Assembly (NCBI GenBank): GCA_963722385.1 | Contig: CAVRKK010000002.1 | Span: forward strand, 896,001-960,000 | Reading direction: 5' to 3' | DNA from: an uncultured bacterium | GTDB taxonomy: Bacteria; Babelota; Babeliae; Babelales; Babelaceae | DNA: 64,000 bases | In this document: piece after piece, positions 42,734-53,351 of the stretch | Layout: each line of letters begins with the position of its first letter | How positions within the stretch are numbered: position 1 is the first letter of the stretch | Position numbers and translations under genes: made by a program | Notes under the pieces: model-generated | Databases searched by the model: none | What the model saw: only the letters and a program-made list of their open reading frames with translations | Told to the model about the DNA's origin: nothing

Positions 42734-43002
42734 TGGGTTATTGGACAACCTGTGACAACGATATTTTATCACTCCGCAATGCTTAGATAAAATTAAAGAT
42801 TTTGGTTAATAGTACCCTCGCCATACAGCAGGTAGCCCATTGAGAAAAATATGCGATTCTTCACGAAGATCGACTATTATGAAAGGCCGACGCAAGCGAT
42901 ACCCAAGCTTCTATAGCTATGTCACATAGCTCCACTTCGCAGCATCAACCTGAATTTTGCGGACAGGCGATGACCCTGAATAAAGTCGATAAAAAGCGTC
43001 TA

Positions 43003-43989
43003 TTACAGCTTTTCTCGAAGCTTGCGCCGTTCTTCTGACTGCAAAAAGTACCGCAAGGCTTCTTTCCCCAGTTGTGCCTTGATCTTTTCAAGGGAAGGCT
43101 GAGATTTTGCTAAGTATTTTTCTCCTTCCTCAGCAAGTTTGGCATCATGAGGTGCATGGAAGAGGCTATAGAAAGCATGGGTACCCGCCTGAAAGATATG
43201 TGCGCTCTTTTCATCACTGACATTATATTTGCCATGCTTACCATGAGTCAACTGAAGCAAAAAAAGCTTTTCCGGGTTATGGCCACCCAATAAAAGCTCA
43301 TAATACAATGCCCATGAACTATAGATTGAAACAAATTCATCATCCAGTGCATGCACCAAAAGAATTGGTAATTCTTTATTAATCATTTTTACTGCATCAA
43401 TAGCATGCATGCCATCCGTCTTATGACCAGTGTACCAAAAGCGTCCTACGAGTTCATATGCAGCATGAGTCACGGCATGCCAGTTAATAAAATAACGAGC
43501 TAATAAATGATCCAGAACATTAAGCGCGGTGTCTGTTGTTGCTATAGCCACCAAAGCATGCAACCGTGGCAGCTTGCCTTGGGCTGCTGCATTAAGCGCC
43601 GTAATCGCCCCCCGCGAATCGCCAATAATTACGACGCCAGCATTAGGCGCGGCAAACTCATCTAATACTGTTTTATATTCGCTCACTAGTGCCTGAATAT
43701 CCTCTTCTTGGCCAATATTAACCTTATCGCGTTTTATTTCACCTTTTTTAGCGCCAACATCCGGAAAATCAAAAGTGTAGTAAGGACAATCCATCAGATA
43801 CCAATCTTTGCCAGCATACCAGGCAGCATTACTTCCCCGGCCACCTAGCCCATGGGCAAAAAGAAAGCTTGTAGGCCGTGTATCAATTGAAGCCTTCAAG
43901 ATAGGCTCTTTGCATACACGAACAGCGCCGATCGGGCTAAATATATTTAACCATGCAAGCATCAAAATAAACATAAATAATGTAGGCAT
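43003..43989 (-). CDS. Exported alpha/beta hydrolase
   Basis: HGLGG, nucleophile elbow GDSRG, later Asp and His candidates; signal peptide. Confidence 0.8.
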   Translation of the reverse strand: MPTLFMFILMLAWLNIFSPIGAVRVCKEPILKASIDTRPTSFLFAHGLGGRGSNAAWYAGKDWYLMDCPYYTFDFPDVGAKKGEIKRDKVNIGQEEDIQALVSEYKTVLDEFAAPNAGVVIIGDSRGAITALNAAAQGKLPRLHALVAIATTDTALNVLDHLLARYFINWHAVTHAAYELVGRFWYTGHKTDGMHAIDAVKMINKELPILLVHALDDEFVSIYSSWALYYELLLGGHNPEKLFLLQLTHGKHGKYNVSDEKSAHIFQAGTHAFYSLFHAPHDAKLAEEGEKYLAKSQPSLEKIKAQLGKEALRYFLQSEERRKLREKL

Positions 43990-44100
43990 AAAAATTCCTT
44001 AATAGATGGTAAATCAATATTTAATTGTAGTAATTTTCATAAAATCGGCAAGGTTTTGTCGCTATAATCATCGACACGCTATATATCTCCACCTTTACTT

Positions 44101-44790
44101 GGAACTTGTTTGAAAATCATAGTTTAAATTGATCCAATAAGCATTTTCATATTTTTGAAGTTAAGAAACCGTGATGTTATCAAAGTAAAAACAAAGAAAT
44201 GATTTTGGTATAAGTTTGATAACTTCTTGGTAGAAATAGTTTTAAGTTGTTTAAAAGCATTGATCCAAGCAAATGCATGCTCTACAAAGCGCCTTTTGGA
44301 ATCGCGAGAAACGATATATGGAGCTGTAAAGCCATGATTTCTAACAGGAATCTCAGCTCGACCGCCCATTCTTGAGATAAAAAGTCGATTTTTTAGAGAA
44401 TCAAAACCCTTGTCAGCATGTCCAGAAAAGCCTTTAGGAAGAGCAAATCTACAATCTGTTTGAGCCAATAATTCAGGCAAAAAATTCGTATCATTTGCAG
44501 TTCCTTTAGCTAAAATTAAAGCTAGCGGAATTGCTTTGCTATCCGAAGTAATCAAACGATTAATGCAATTTTTGTTCTTATGGCAATGGTTTTTTGATTT
44601 TATATCGATGCTTGATACCGTCAGAACCAGAGATTCAAATATAACTTTGCCAAGATTGTGTCGTCTTTTTCCATGTTTTTGCACGCCGTGGCCCTTTACA
44701 AAATATTTTGGAGAACCTTTGCAGGTAGCTATACCGTATAGAAAAAAGGTTCCTCAGCTGAGCAAGTTTGTAAAATATGGTTGCCAATAA
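44101..44790 (-). mobile_element. 5'-truncated IS5-family element with DDE transposase remnant (44124-44684)
   Basis: HADKGFDS and RRFVEHAFAWI motifs; IR-like GGAACTTGTTTGAAAATC at 44101; upstream frame has a stop and no matching second IR was seen. Confidence 0.7.
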
Positions 44791-44872
44791 AGATCTCGTT
44801 TATTAGTTAGTGTTTACAAAGTTTATACATTGTGATATCCTTTTTATTATTGCTATTAAAAAGAGTTATTAT

Positions 44873-45112
44873 ATGACAAAGAAGCTTATTAAGCATGGAA
44901 ACAGCCTGGCTCTCGTAATTGAAAAGCCAATTTTAAAAATGTTGGGGATTGATGAGGGAACAAGTATAGAGCTTTCTATTAAAGAAAACTCCCTTATCAT
45001 AAGAGCTGCTCATCCTAAAAAGGCTAAGACACGAGAGGAAGAAATTGAGGAGATAGCTCAAAAGATCATGAAAAAATATGATCAGGTGTTTAAAGAGCTT
45101 GCCAAAAAATAA
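44873..45112 (+). CDS. AbrB/MazE-type antitoxin
   Basis: MTKKLIKHGNSLALVIEKPIL...; stop overlaps the doc start. Confidence 0.88.
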   Translation: MTKKLIKHGNSLALVIEKPILKMLGIDEGTSIELSIKENSLIIRAAHPKKAKTREEEIEEIAQKIMKKYDQVFKELAKK

Positions 45113-45519
45113 TGGTTATAGACTTCATAAGTATACAAGATGTATCTCGTATACATGATAACGTTATTGCTCAATACGGTGGCTTAGCGGGTATAAGAGA
45201 TTATAATCTTTTAGCATCTGCTGTTGCTCAACCTCAAATGTTTATATTTGGTAGCTATATACATGTTGGTATATTTGATATGGCTGCAGCCTATTTCTTC
45301 CATATCATTAAAAATCACCCATTTTTGGATGGGAATAAGCGAACAGGTGTATTAGCAACACTAACGTTTCTTGAGAAAAACGGCATCATCATAGAAACAG
45401 ATTTCGATAGCTTAGTGAATCTAGCCTTAGAGACAGCCAGTGCAGATATAAGCAAAGAACATATTGCTCAATTTCTGAAACAAAGCGCAATCAATACCCA
45501 ACATAGTTATAAAGGATAA
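45112..45519 (+). CDS. doc: Doc (death-on-curing) family toxin
   Basis: GIRDYNLLASA and HPFLDGNKRTG Doc motif. Confidence 0.9.
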   Translation: MVIDFISIQDVSRIHDNVIAQYGGLAGIRDYNLLASAVAQPQMFIFGSYIHVGIFDMAAAYFFHIIKNHPFLDGNKRTGVLATLTFLEKNGIIIETDFDSLVNLALETASADISKEHIAQFLKQSAINTQHSYKG

Positions 45520-45572
45520 ACGCTAGAACCTTTGTTGGTAGCTACACTGTATAGAAAAAAGGTTCCTCTTTT

Positions 45573-45899
45573 CTATTTTTTGCCCAAGTACTCTTCAATC
45601 CGCGCTTTTAAGTCTTCCTTGGGTAGGTAGCCCACTTGACGACCAACAACCTCATTATTTTTTATAAAGAGGAAGGTTGGTACGGAGGTTACATTGTAAC
45701 TGATGGCGAGATCGCGTGACTCATCGACATTGAGCTCTGCAAAGGTATAGGTATCGCCAAGCTCCTCCGCTAACTGTTCAAAATGCGGTTTAATGAGCAT
45801 GCATGGGCCACACCAGGTCGCGAAAATATCGATGACAACAGGCTTTTTTGCTTGTTCAATAACCTCTTTGGCATTTTGCTTGGTTAGCGTGACGATCAT
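45573..45899 (-). CDS. trxA: Thioredoxin
   Basis: WCGPC and VPTF motifs. Confidence 0.95.
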   Translation of the reverse strand: MIVTLTKQNAKEVIEQAKKPVVIDIFATWCGPCMLIKPHFEQLAEELGDTYTFAELNVDESRDLAISYNVTSVPTFLFIKNNEVVGRQVGYLPKEDLKARIEEYLGKK

Positions 45900-46059
45900 A
45901 ACGTTCCTTATGGTAAAAAATATGTTTTGTACACTCTAGTTTAAATTTTTGGCGGTATGTTTGGCAAGAGCGGACGTAATTGGGTAAAACTCTTGCTACT
46001 TTTCGGTATATATTTTTACACTCATAGCAGCTGAGTAATGAGCTTAAAGGGGACCTACC

Positions 46060-46752
46060 ATGTACCAGGAACATTCTTCAAGCCAGGATATCGTAAAAAA
46101 CTTATTTTATCGTGTTTATGGCTGGATGACGGCCGGGTTGTTGGTAACGGCGGGTACCGCTTTAGCCCTTGCTCGTCAACCAGCGTGGATCGATGCTCTT
46201 GTAACACGGCCATTTCTGGGTTTTTTGTTATTAATTATTCAGCTTGTTGTCGTAGTTGTTTTTGCAAGTATGCTTGCCAAGCTACCTTATACGGTTGCAT
46301 TAGGGCTGTTTATTTTTTACGCGATATTGAGCGGTGCGACGCTCTCCATTATTTTTAGCGTCTATACACGAGCATCGATTGCTCAAGCATTGCTTATAAG
46401 TGCTGGCATGTTTGGTTCGATTTCTCTCTGGGCTCGCGTTACCCACGCTGATCTCTCAAAAATGGGGTCGATTTTATACATGGCCTTGTGGGGAATGATA
46501 CTAGCCCTGGTGGTCAATATTTTTTGGCAGAACTCGCTTTTTAATTTCATGATATCAGCAGCCGGAGTGGTGCTGTTTTCAGCGCTTGTTGCTTACGATA
46601 CGTCGATGATTAAGCGCTACGCTACTGATATGACACATGCTCGTTCTAAAGAGTATGCTAAAGTTGGGCTTTTTGGAGCTTTTCAGCTTTATCTCGATTT
46701 TATCAACTTGTTCCTCAACCTGCTCAATATTACTGGTAGGCGCAGGCAGTAA
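46060..46752 (+). CDS. Bax inhibitor-1/YccA family membrane protein
   Basis: VYGWM..GL, AYDT..IK, LYLDFINLF motifs; 7 TMs. Confidence 0.92.
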   Translation: MYQEHSSSQDIVKNLFYRVYGWMTAGLLVTAGTALALARQPAWIDALVTRPFLGFLLLIIQLVVVVVFASMLAKLPYTVALGLFIFYAILSGATLSIIFSVYTRASIAQALLISAGMFGSISLWARVTHADLSKMGSILYMALWGMILALVVNIFWQNSLFNFMISAAGVVLFSALVAYDTSMIKRYATDMTHARSKEYAKVGLFGAFQLYLDFINLFLNLLNITGRRRQ

Positions 46753-46767
46753 TTTAAGGGGTGCACG

Positions 46768-48390
46768 ATGAAGCGCATGACGTGGTATATTGGGCTTATA
46801 GCGATTAATATTGTTGGTTGTGTTGTCGGGGCTCGCCCCATGGATGATAAGTGGCAAGCTGCTGAACAGTTTGTTGAGGAAGCGGCAAACTTTTTTGCAC
46901 GAAACTCCGCACACACTGCCTGTACCGACTTTACTCATAACCCACAGTGGCGGTTTCCAAGCTCGAGGCTTGTTGTTATCGATGAAAAAGGGCTTATTTG
47001 GTTTTTAATGGATAAGCCTGTCCATCTATGGACGCCATTGGCCGATCTAAAAACCGAACGGAATGTGCCTTTGACACATGATATGCGTTTACAAGGCCAA
47101 AAAGGAGGCTGGGTTGCTTTTATTTGGGATCAAGCGTTGGTTAGAGCATACGTAAAAAATGTTCATAAAGCTGATCAGCTTTTTACGATTGGTCTGCTTG
47201 TTTTTAGTGAAAATCCGCGTGATCAGATTCAAGAGCAAGTATTGGCAGCTTACTCTTATCTTCGTGATCACGGCATTAAGCGAACTGCCGAGGAAATTAA
47301 CAACCCTAATGGACGATTTTTGCATGGTTCTCTCTCTGTGGCATTATATGATCAAGATGGCATCTGTTTGGCAGATTCTTTTGATTGGACGCATATTAAC
47401 CAAAGAAGCACGAATTGGCTTGATGACAGTGGTCAATCGGTTTTTTCTCAATTTGTAGCTGCGGCACAGCATTCGCCGAGCGGGAACGGTTGGGTAAAAT
47501 ATACGTTTCAGGGGATGATTGAGCATGCTTTTGTTAAATATGTACCGCACCGAAATCCTAAAAAGTTTTATATCCTCGCATCAGGGTATTACCCAGCAGT
47601 CGATGAGAAATTTGTGGTCAATTTTGCGCAACAGGCGAGCGACTATATCAAGCAATATGGTATACATAAGGCACTTGCCGACTTTGCAGAACAGAGAACG
47701 ACTTTTTATAAAGCCCGATTAGCGCTTGTTATTTACGACGAAAAGGGCATAGTAAAGGCACAAACGAGATTTCCTTCGCTCATAGGGGTTAATGCTTATA
47801 ATTTACGTGATCAAGCAGGTTATCCTATTACGCAATTGATTTTAAAAAAGGGACTTGAAGAGGGGCACGGGTCGGTTTTCCAATATGTTGCCAATGCCGC
47901 TGAGCCTGTTTACTGCCAAAAATTGGTTGTGCCCGAAGGGGTTTTTGTTATCACGGTGCAAGGCTTTACGCCACTGCACAAGATGACCCTTGCGGCAGGT
48001 ATTGCTGAATGGCTAAGCTACCGGTTAGCAAATCAGCCAGCAAGAATTATCATGAACGCACTAAATCAAGGTGATGTGGTAGGGAATATAGGATTTAGGG
48101 CTTCAGGCGCTCGCCGAGTTTATACTGATTTTGTTATCGAAATTTACGATGGTCAAGGTTTCTGTCTCTCAGCAGGTTCCAATTATTACCTAATATGGCA
48201 AGCTATTGATCGCGGTATGAAACTAAGTGTTGAGAAAATGAAAAGGGCTGGTGCGAGCTCAGGGTCTTTTCATGATGTTCACCAGGGCATAGGTCGTGAC
48301 TATTATTTAAAGGAATGTGTTAAAAGTGCACGAGAAAAGTATTATATTTTTGTTGGCTACCATACGCTCCGCAAGGGAGCCGAGGAATGA
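46768..48390 (+). CDS. Exported protein with four tandem single-Cache-like domains (paralog 1)
   Basis: Signal peptide; four ~125-aa units (A..Y....G...A..F / V.YD..G.CLA / GWV.Y / SGYY). Confidence 0.8.
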   Translation: MKRMTWYIGLIAINIVGCVVGARPMDDKWQAAEQFVEEAANFFARNSAHTACTDFTHNPQWRFPSSRLVVIDEKGLIWFLMDKPVHLWTPLADLKTERNVPLTHDMRLQGQKGGWVAFIWDQALVRAYVKNVHKADQLFTIGLLVFSENPRDQIQEQVLAAYSYLRDHGIKRTAEEINNPNGRFLHGSLSVALYDQDGICLADSFDWTHINQRSTNWLDDSGQSVFSQFVAAAQHSPSGNGWVKYTFQGMIEHAFVKYVPHRNPKKFYILASGYYPAVDEKFVVNFAQQASDYIKQYGIHKALADFAEQRTTFYKARLALVIYDEKGIVKAQTRFPSLIGVNAYNLRDQAGYPITQLILKKGLEEGHGSVFQYVANAAEPVYCQKLVVPEGVFVITVQGFTPLHKMTLAAGIAEWLSYRLANQPARIIMNALNQGDVVGNIGFRASGARRVYTDFVIEIYDGQGFCLSAGSNYYLIWQAIDRGMKLSVEKMKRAGASSGSFHDVHQGIGRDYYLKECVKSAREKYYIFVGYHTLRKGAEE

Positions 48391-48394
48391 TACG

Positions 48395-49969
48395 GTGCGC
48401 AAAAAAATTATAGGCTCCATGCTCATCGTACTACTGAATGTATCTCTATCGACAATGGGGGCTGTGCCCCGCGTGGTCGATTTAAAAATAAAAGCAGAAA
48501 AGCTGCTTGCTCAAGCGATTTCTTTTATTAGAAAAGAGGGTGCTGATAAAGCGTGTGCCGCATTTGCCTCTCAAGAGCAGTGGCGGTATGGTCCGATAAC
48601 TCTTCTTGTTTTAGATGCTAACGGAAGAATACTCCTTGACGAGCATCAGACGATTTTAACGTGGCGGCCTTATTCCCGCAAACAAGGTTATGTGAGCTCT
48701 GTGGTAAGCTCGCTGCTTTTCGCCGCAATAAAAGGGGGCTGGGTTGCTCATCGTTTGTTTAATAGTATGCGCCATATCTATGTCAAGTCAGTGACCGTAG
48801 AGGGCAAAACGTACATAATGGGTGCAAGCTTTTTCGATGAGTCACCTGAGCTTATTGCGATAGCGATGGCCAGAAAAATAGAACGGTTATGGCGAAGTGT
48901 CGGTTTTAATAAAGCGATTGAGCTTGTCAATAACCCTTTTGGTCCAGCATCTGTTGGCCAAGTGTACGGTATAGTTTTTGGTACGGCAGGTGTATGTTGG
49001 GCCTTCAGCAATAACAACGTGTTAGTAGGGCAAAACCTATTTGGAGCGCGTACGGTGAGCGCACAAAGTGCCTATAATTTTAAATATATTTTAAACCTTC
49101 TTAAAGCTGAACCACAAAAGAAAATATGGGTTGACGTAAAAGAGAATGAATTGCTCCATCGTTTCTATTGCCAGCTTTTTACTGATGACAAAACAAATAA
49201 AGACTATGTTCTTATAACAGGGTATTATCCAGATATAAATGACCAAACAATCATCAATATAGGCGAACAAGTTGCTACTGATCTTACCGCGGGCGGGCTC
49301 GAAAGAATTAAAACCCTTTCTCGGCAGAAAGACCTCAGGCTTACGCCAGCAAATCTCACTCTTACGGTCACTGATCGGCAAGGTGTGATGCTCTATCATA
49401 GCGCACCAAACCAAGGTACGTGGTTTACGGGCCGAAATATTCTTGATTATGTTGATGATCGAAAGCGGCCCTATAGCCGTATGCTGATGCAAAAGCTACA
49501 GAAAGCTCCGAGTGCATGGATTACCCGTTTTAATAAGCGTACAATTGAGCGTGTGTATGGTCGTAAAATACCTATGCCGAATGGGGACGTATACATATTC
49601 ATCGATGGTTACTTCCCTTCGACCGACGAAGAAGTAACCCGTATTTTGGTTGATGACGCCTATGACTATTTAGCCGAAAATCCTTCTATACAAGCATTTA
49701 ATGCTTTTATGAGTAGAGACTGTTTCTTTATGCAAGGAGAAAAGCAGATATTTGTTTATGACAAAACGGGAGCATGCTGGGTAAAGGGAACAAATTCCGC
49801 TTTTATATGGAGCCAGGATAAACTTATACCAGCACTTGCTGAAGGCTGGGCAGAAGATAAGCGGTCGTCCAATATTAAGAGAATGTATATTCGAAAGTTA
49901 ACAAAGCAGAATACTTCTCAGCAGAAAGAAGAATTTATTATAGGATCGAGCTATTATTTGGTTAAATAG
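48395..49969 (+). CDS. Exported protein with four tandem single-Cache-like domains (paralog 2)
   Basis: GTG start with GAGGA RBS; signal peptide; AEKLLAQAISFIRKEGADKACAAF and related repeats ending G.Y/F. Confidence 0.8.
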   Translation: MRKKIIGSMLIVLLNVSLSTMGAVPRVVDLKIKAEKLLAQAISFIRKEGADKACAAFASQEQWRYGPITLLVLDANGRILLDEHQTILTWRPYSRKQGYVSSVVSSLLFAAIKGGWVAHRLFNSMRHIYVKSVTVEGKTYIMGASFFDESPELIAIAMARKIERLWRSVGFNKAIELVNNPFGPASVGQVYGIVFGTAGVCWAFSNNNVLVGQNLFGARTVSAQSAYNFKYILNLLKAEPQKKIWVDVKENELLHRFYCQLFTDDKTNKDYVLITGYYPDINDQTIINIGEQVATDLTAGGLERIKTLSRQKDLRLTPANLTLTVTDRQGVMLYHSAPNQGTWFTGRNILDYVDDRKRPYSRMLMQKLQKAPSAWITRFNKRTIERVYGRKIPMPNGDVYIFIDGYFPSTDEEVTRILVDDAYDYLAENPSIQAFNAFMSRDCFFMQGEKQIFVYDKTGACWVKGTNSAFIWSQDKLIPALAEGWAEDKRSSNIKRMYIRKLTKQNTSQQKEEFIIGSSYYLVK

Positions 49970-49977
49970 GTGGCTAT

Positions 49978-51597
49978 ATGTGGTGTGGTTGGTTTTTTGT
50001 TGCCGCGATCTTACTTGCTCATTCATTCTGTTTGGGCCAAGAAAAAGTAAATATAAAAGAAAAAGAGCGTGCGCTCTATAAGCTCTTGCGGCGCGGTGCT
50101 GCCTATTTTAAGCGACACCCTGTTGGCCAATCATGTCACACTTTTACGTATGATCCTCGCTGGCGGAACGGGGAACTTTTTCTTTTTTTACTTGATAGCG
50201 AAGCGGTGTGTTATGCGTTTGGTGATGAGCGATCGAGGGTCTGGACAAGTTTTGCTCATTACCGAGACCTTCTGGGGACACCGTTGGTGAACAAGTTTTT
50301 TCAAAAAGGGAAAAGCACAAAAATTTCAGTTATGATGAATAATGCCTCAATGCACTGCCGTATTAAAAAAATAAATAAAGAAGGGAAGACGTTTATATTA
50401 GGATGTGGATTTTATCCCGAGGCAAGTGAACAGATCGTAGAAAATCTTGTAGCCCAAGCCATTGAGGTGCTTGAAGAGATTGGTACTCAGAATGGTTTTA
50501 GCGAAATCAGTAACCCATTTGGGCACTTGGTGCATGGCGATAGTTGTGTGTTCGTTATTGGCGAAGATGGCATGGTTTACGCGCAGAGTGATAACATAGC
50601 GCAAATGGGAAAAAATATTTTTAATCCACCTTTGGATCCCCCGGGCTCGCTAGCTTATCAGGATAAAGCGGCATATAGGCATGTTTTGGTAAGCTTTTTA
50701 AGAAGCAATGAACAAAGAGCTTGGCTGCCACCTATTATGGTTAATAATACAACTAAGCGCATTTTTGTTGCCAAGTATCGGGATCCCAAAACGCGCAAGC
50801 GGTTTATTGTCGGTTCATTTTATTATCCTGAGCTGAATGATGAAGCTATTTATGAATTAGTGCAAAAAGCTATTACGTACCTTAAAGCCCAAGGGCGGCG
50901 TGCTGCCTTTGAGACATTTAATACGCCAGAAGGTCCTCTGGCACTAGGTAGTGGTAGAATTATAGTTTTAAATTTTGACGGTGCTTGTTTAGTTGATGCA
51001 ACACCAGCGAATTTAGCTGGTTCTTATTTGATAGATCGCGCTGATGTGCAAGGGCATTACCCCTATCGTAGGATCCTTGAGGGTATACAGCGTTATGGGC
51101 GCAGCTGGATTAGCCAGTATCTTAAAAATGCTTATCAGCTCATGTATGCTGAGAAAGTTGATCTTCCTGACGGCTCACTGATCATTGCTGCTGGTTATTG
51201 GCCTGACTCTAAAGCGCTGACCGTGAGGTCGATGGTCGACCGTGCCGCTAATTTTTTGGAGCGGAATGGCGAAAGTGCTGCCTTAAGAAAGTTTACCACG
51301 CATGATTCAGATTTTGTGCGTGGCGATGTCAATATTATGGCGCTTGATCCCACAGGAATTATTTTAAGTGATGGGCCTTTTCGCAAATATCGGATCTGGT
51401 CCGATGTTGCTTTGCGTGATCGATTTGGTAGGCATGTTATTAATAAAATTCTTGAAACAGCCGCGCAGGGAGGAGGATGGGTAGGCTATCGCAAATTTAA
51501 TGCTGACTACCGTGCATATACTCGCCAGATTGATATACCAGGAAGCACTAATACCAAAGATAATAGCATGGTGCTTGTCGCAGGGTATTATCTTTAA
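49978..51597 (+). CDS. Exported protein with four tandem single-Cache-like domains (paralog 3)
   Basis: Four units ending GCGFYPE, GSFYYPE, AAGYWPD, VAGYYL; LVQKAITYLKAQGRRAAF; AQGGGWVGY. Confidence 0.82.
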   Translation: MWCGWFFVAAILLAHSFCLGQEKVNIKEKERALYKLLRRGAAYFKRHPVGQSCHTFTYDPRWRNGELFLFLLDSEAVCYAFGDERSRVWTSFAHYRDLLGTPLVNKFFQKGKSTKISVMMNNASMHCRIKKINKEGKTFILGCGFYPEASEQIVENLVAQAIEVLEEIGTQNGFSEISNPFGHLVHGDSCVFVIGEDGMVYAQSDNIAQMGKNIFNPPLDPPGSLAYQDKAAYRHVLVSFLRSNEQRAWLPPIMVNNTTKRIFVAKYRDPKTRKRFIVGSFYYPELNDEAIYELVQKAITYLKAQGRRAAFETFNTPEGPLALGSGRIIVLNFDGACLVDATPANLAGSYLIDRADVQGHYPYRRILEGIQRYGRSWISQYLKNAYQLMYAEKVDLPDGSLIIAAGYWPDSKALTVRSMVDRAANFLERNGESAALRKFTTHDSDFVRGDVNIMALDPTGIILSDGPFRKYRIWSDVALRDRFGRHVINKILETAAQGGGWVGYRKFNADYRAYTRQIDIPGSTNTKDNSMVLVAGYYL

Positions 51598-52502
51598 GTT
51601 TCTGCCCCACGCTTAGTTTTTTTGGCCAGCTCATCATAATAAAAGACGAGAAGCCCTAAGAAGATAACGCTTGCGGCTACTGCAAAGTGGATCGTCAATT
51701 TTTCATGTAAGAAAAGCCATGCATATATACCAGCAAAGATAGGGACCGAAAACCCTGCCAGCGATATAAAGGTAGCGTTATGATGCTTAAGCAGATTGGC
51801 ATACATCGTATATGCTATGACATTACCGACAATAATCGTATAAGCCAACAAGAGCAAAAAGATTGGCCATGAATCGATGGTAATATTCTTGATGGGGTCG
51901 ATCCAAAGAGCTGTTGCTGTGGCAATTAGACCGCTTTCAAGCATGACGAGACCGTTTAACTGGGCAGGTGCGTAACGATTTTTTTTGAGCTGAGCTTGCA
52001 CCATGAGCCACCCCCAGCGGCTAAAGGCAACAGCGGCAAGGGCAGCTAACTGAGGAAGCAGGGCAAAGTGGAAGCAAGCATGTATTGCTTCTGGTGAAAG
52101 GTCAATCGCAAGCAGGACGCCGAGGCAGCCTAAGACTATGCCGAGGATTTTATTGATGCTGAGTTTTTCGCCAAATAAAATATAGGCATAAAGAGCCGTG
52201 ACGAAAGGGTCTATACTGCCAAGCAGTGTAGCATGTGCTGTTTTTAAATGGGCAAGTGCATATGCTTTCAGAACAGAAGGAATAAAAGTGGTAAATAGGG
52301 CGATGCCGCTTATTAAGAACCAGTCTTGTTTGAGCTGAAATAAATTTTTGCGGTATTTCTTCCAGGTCAGGATGCAGAGAATAAGCCCCGCGCTGACCAT
52401 ACGTAAAGCGACTAGGGTTGTAGGGGGAAGCGTTTGAAGGAGCAGCTTATTGACGAAGATGCCGCTTGCAAAAAGAGCAAACGTGAAAAAAATGATAAAC
52501 AC
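51594..52502 (-). CDS. EamA/DMT family transporter
   Basis: About 10 TMs; PFVTALYAYILFGEKL; resembles 3013-3915. Confidence 0.85.
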   Translation of the reverse strand: MFIIFFTFALFASGIFVNKLLLQTLPPTTLVALRMVSAGLILCILTWKKYRKNLFQLKQDWFLISGIALFTTFIPSVLKAYALAHLKTAHATLLGSIDPFVTALYAYILFGEKLSINKILGIVLGCLGVLLAIDLSPEAIHACFHFALLPQLAALAAVAFSRWGWLMVQAQLKKNRYAPAQLNGLVMLESGLIATATALWIDPIKNITIDSWPIFLLLLAYTIIVGNVIAYTMYANLLKHHNATFISLAGFSVPIFAGIYAWLFLHEKLTIHFAVAASVIFLGLLVFYYDELAKKTKRGAET

Positions 52503-52538
52503 GGTGATTGCCAGGTTATGGGGCTGCTGCTGACTTTT

Positions 52539-52630
52539 TGGAGGAGAGAGTGGGATTCGAACCCACGATCCCGATCACTCGAGATAACGGTTTTCAAGAC
52601 CGCCGCCTTCGACCACTCAGCCATCTCTCC
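52539..52630 (-). tRNA. tRNA-Ser(TGA)
   Basis: GGAGAGATGGCTGAGTGG..., anticodon arm GCGGT-CT-TGA-AA-ACCGT, long variable arm, CCA. Confidence 0.95.
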
Positions 52631-52694
52631 CTGAATAGTGATAGTATATCGTATTGGTTTTTATGAGGCAAGCCGTGTCGACCGAGCTTATAGG

Positions 52695-52771
52695 TGGTGC
52701 GCCCAGGAGGAGTCGAACCCCCAACCTTCAGATCCGTAGTCTGACGCTCTGTCCAATTGAGCTATGGGCGC
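52695..52771 (-). tRNA. tRNA-Arg(ACG)
   Basis: GCGCCCATAGCTCAATTGG..., TCAGA-CT-ACG-GA-TCTGA, CCA. Confidence 0.95.
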
Positions 52772-52787
52772 GTTTTTTTTATGGCCT

Positions 52788-52855
52788 GCCATACGACGTG
52801 TCTTGCGAAGCTCGCAGAGCGCGAAGCAAGAAGCTCTGAAGGAGCGAAGTATGGC
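52788..52855. repeat. REP-like palindromic element overlapping the tRNA-Ser 3' end
   Basis: GCCATAC...GTATGGC stem with nested CGAAGCT..AGCG(C)GAAG cores; related copy at 57573-57600. Confidence 0.65.
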
Positions 52856-52944
52856 GGAGAGAGAGGGATTCGAACCCTCGTGCCCCATTTTAGTAGGACT
52901 CTTGCTTAGCAGGCAAGCGCTTTAGACCACTCAGCCATCTCTCC
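52852..52944 (-). tRNA. tRNA-Ser(GCT)
   Basis: CTTGC-CT-GCT-AA-GCAAG anticodon arm, long variable arm, CCA. Confidence 0.95.
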
Positions 52945-53069
52945 AAAGCAGTCTCATATAGTTTAGCCCATAAATATATCTTAATCAAGCCGACCCCTGA
53001 TTTTATTGGCGAGTTGCTTTCGTTGATGCGCAGGGTAAACTGGCAGTGTTAGGATAATAGGGAGAATAT

Positions 53070-53351
53070 ATGTTAACGCTTGAACTTAAGGTTGTTCCGC
53101 AATCAGGTAAGCAGAAGTGGGCGCTCGATAAAACCGGGCGATTAAAATGCTATCTCAAAAGCCCTGCCCAAGACGGCAAAGCAAACAAGGAGCTCTTGGC
53201 CCTCTTGGGCGATGTTGCGGGCGTTGCTGCCCAAGATATTGTTATCGTAAAGGGATTTACAACTCGGCAGAAAGTCGTTAAGATTCCAGTCAAGCTGAGT
53301 TACGAAGAGTTTATTCGGCGGCTAGGACTTGATCAGCAATTGCCTCTTTAG
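53070..53351 (+). CDS. DUF167/YggU family protein
   Basis: LKVVPQS, LKSPAQDGKANKEL, IVKGFTTRQK. Confidence 0.88.
   Translation: MLTLELKVVPQSGKQKWALDKTGRLKCYLKSPAQDGKANKELLALLGDVAGVAAQDIVIVKGFTTRQKVVKIPVKLSYEEFIRRLGLDQQLPL

Noticed and set aside
42734..43002. Intergenic stretch after cysS that looks like decayed coding DNA
   Set aside because: Multiple stops in all frames and no motif.
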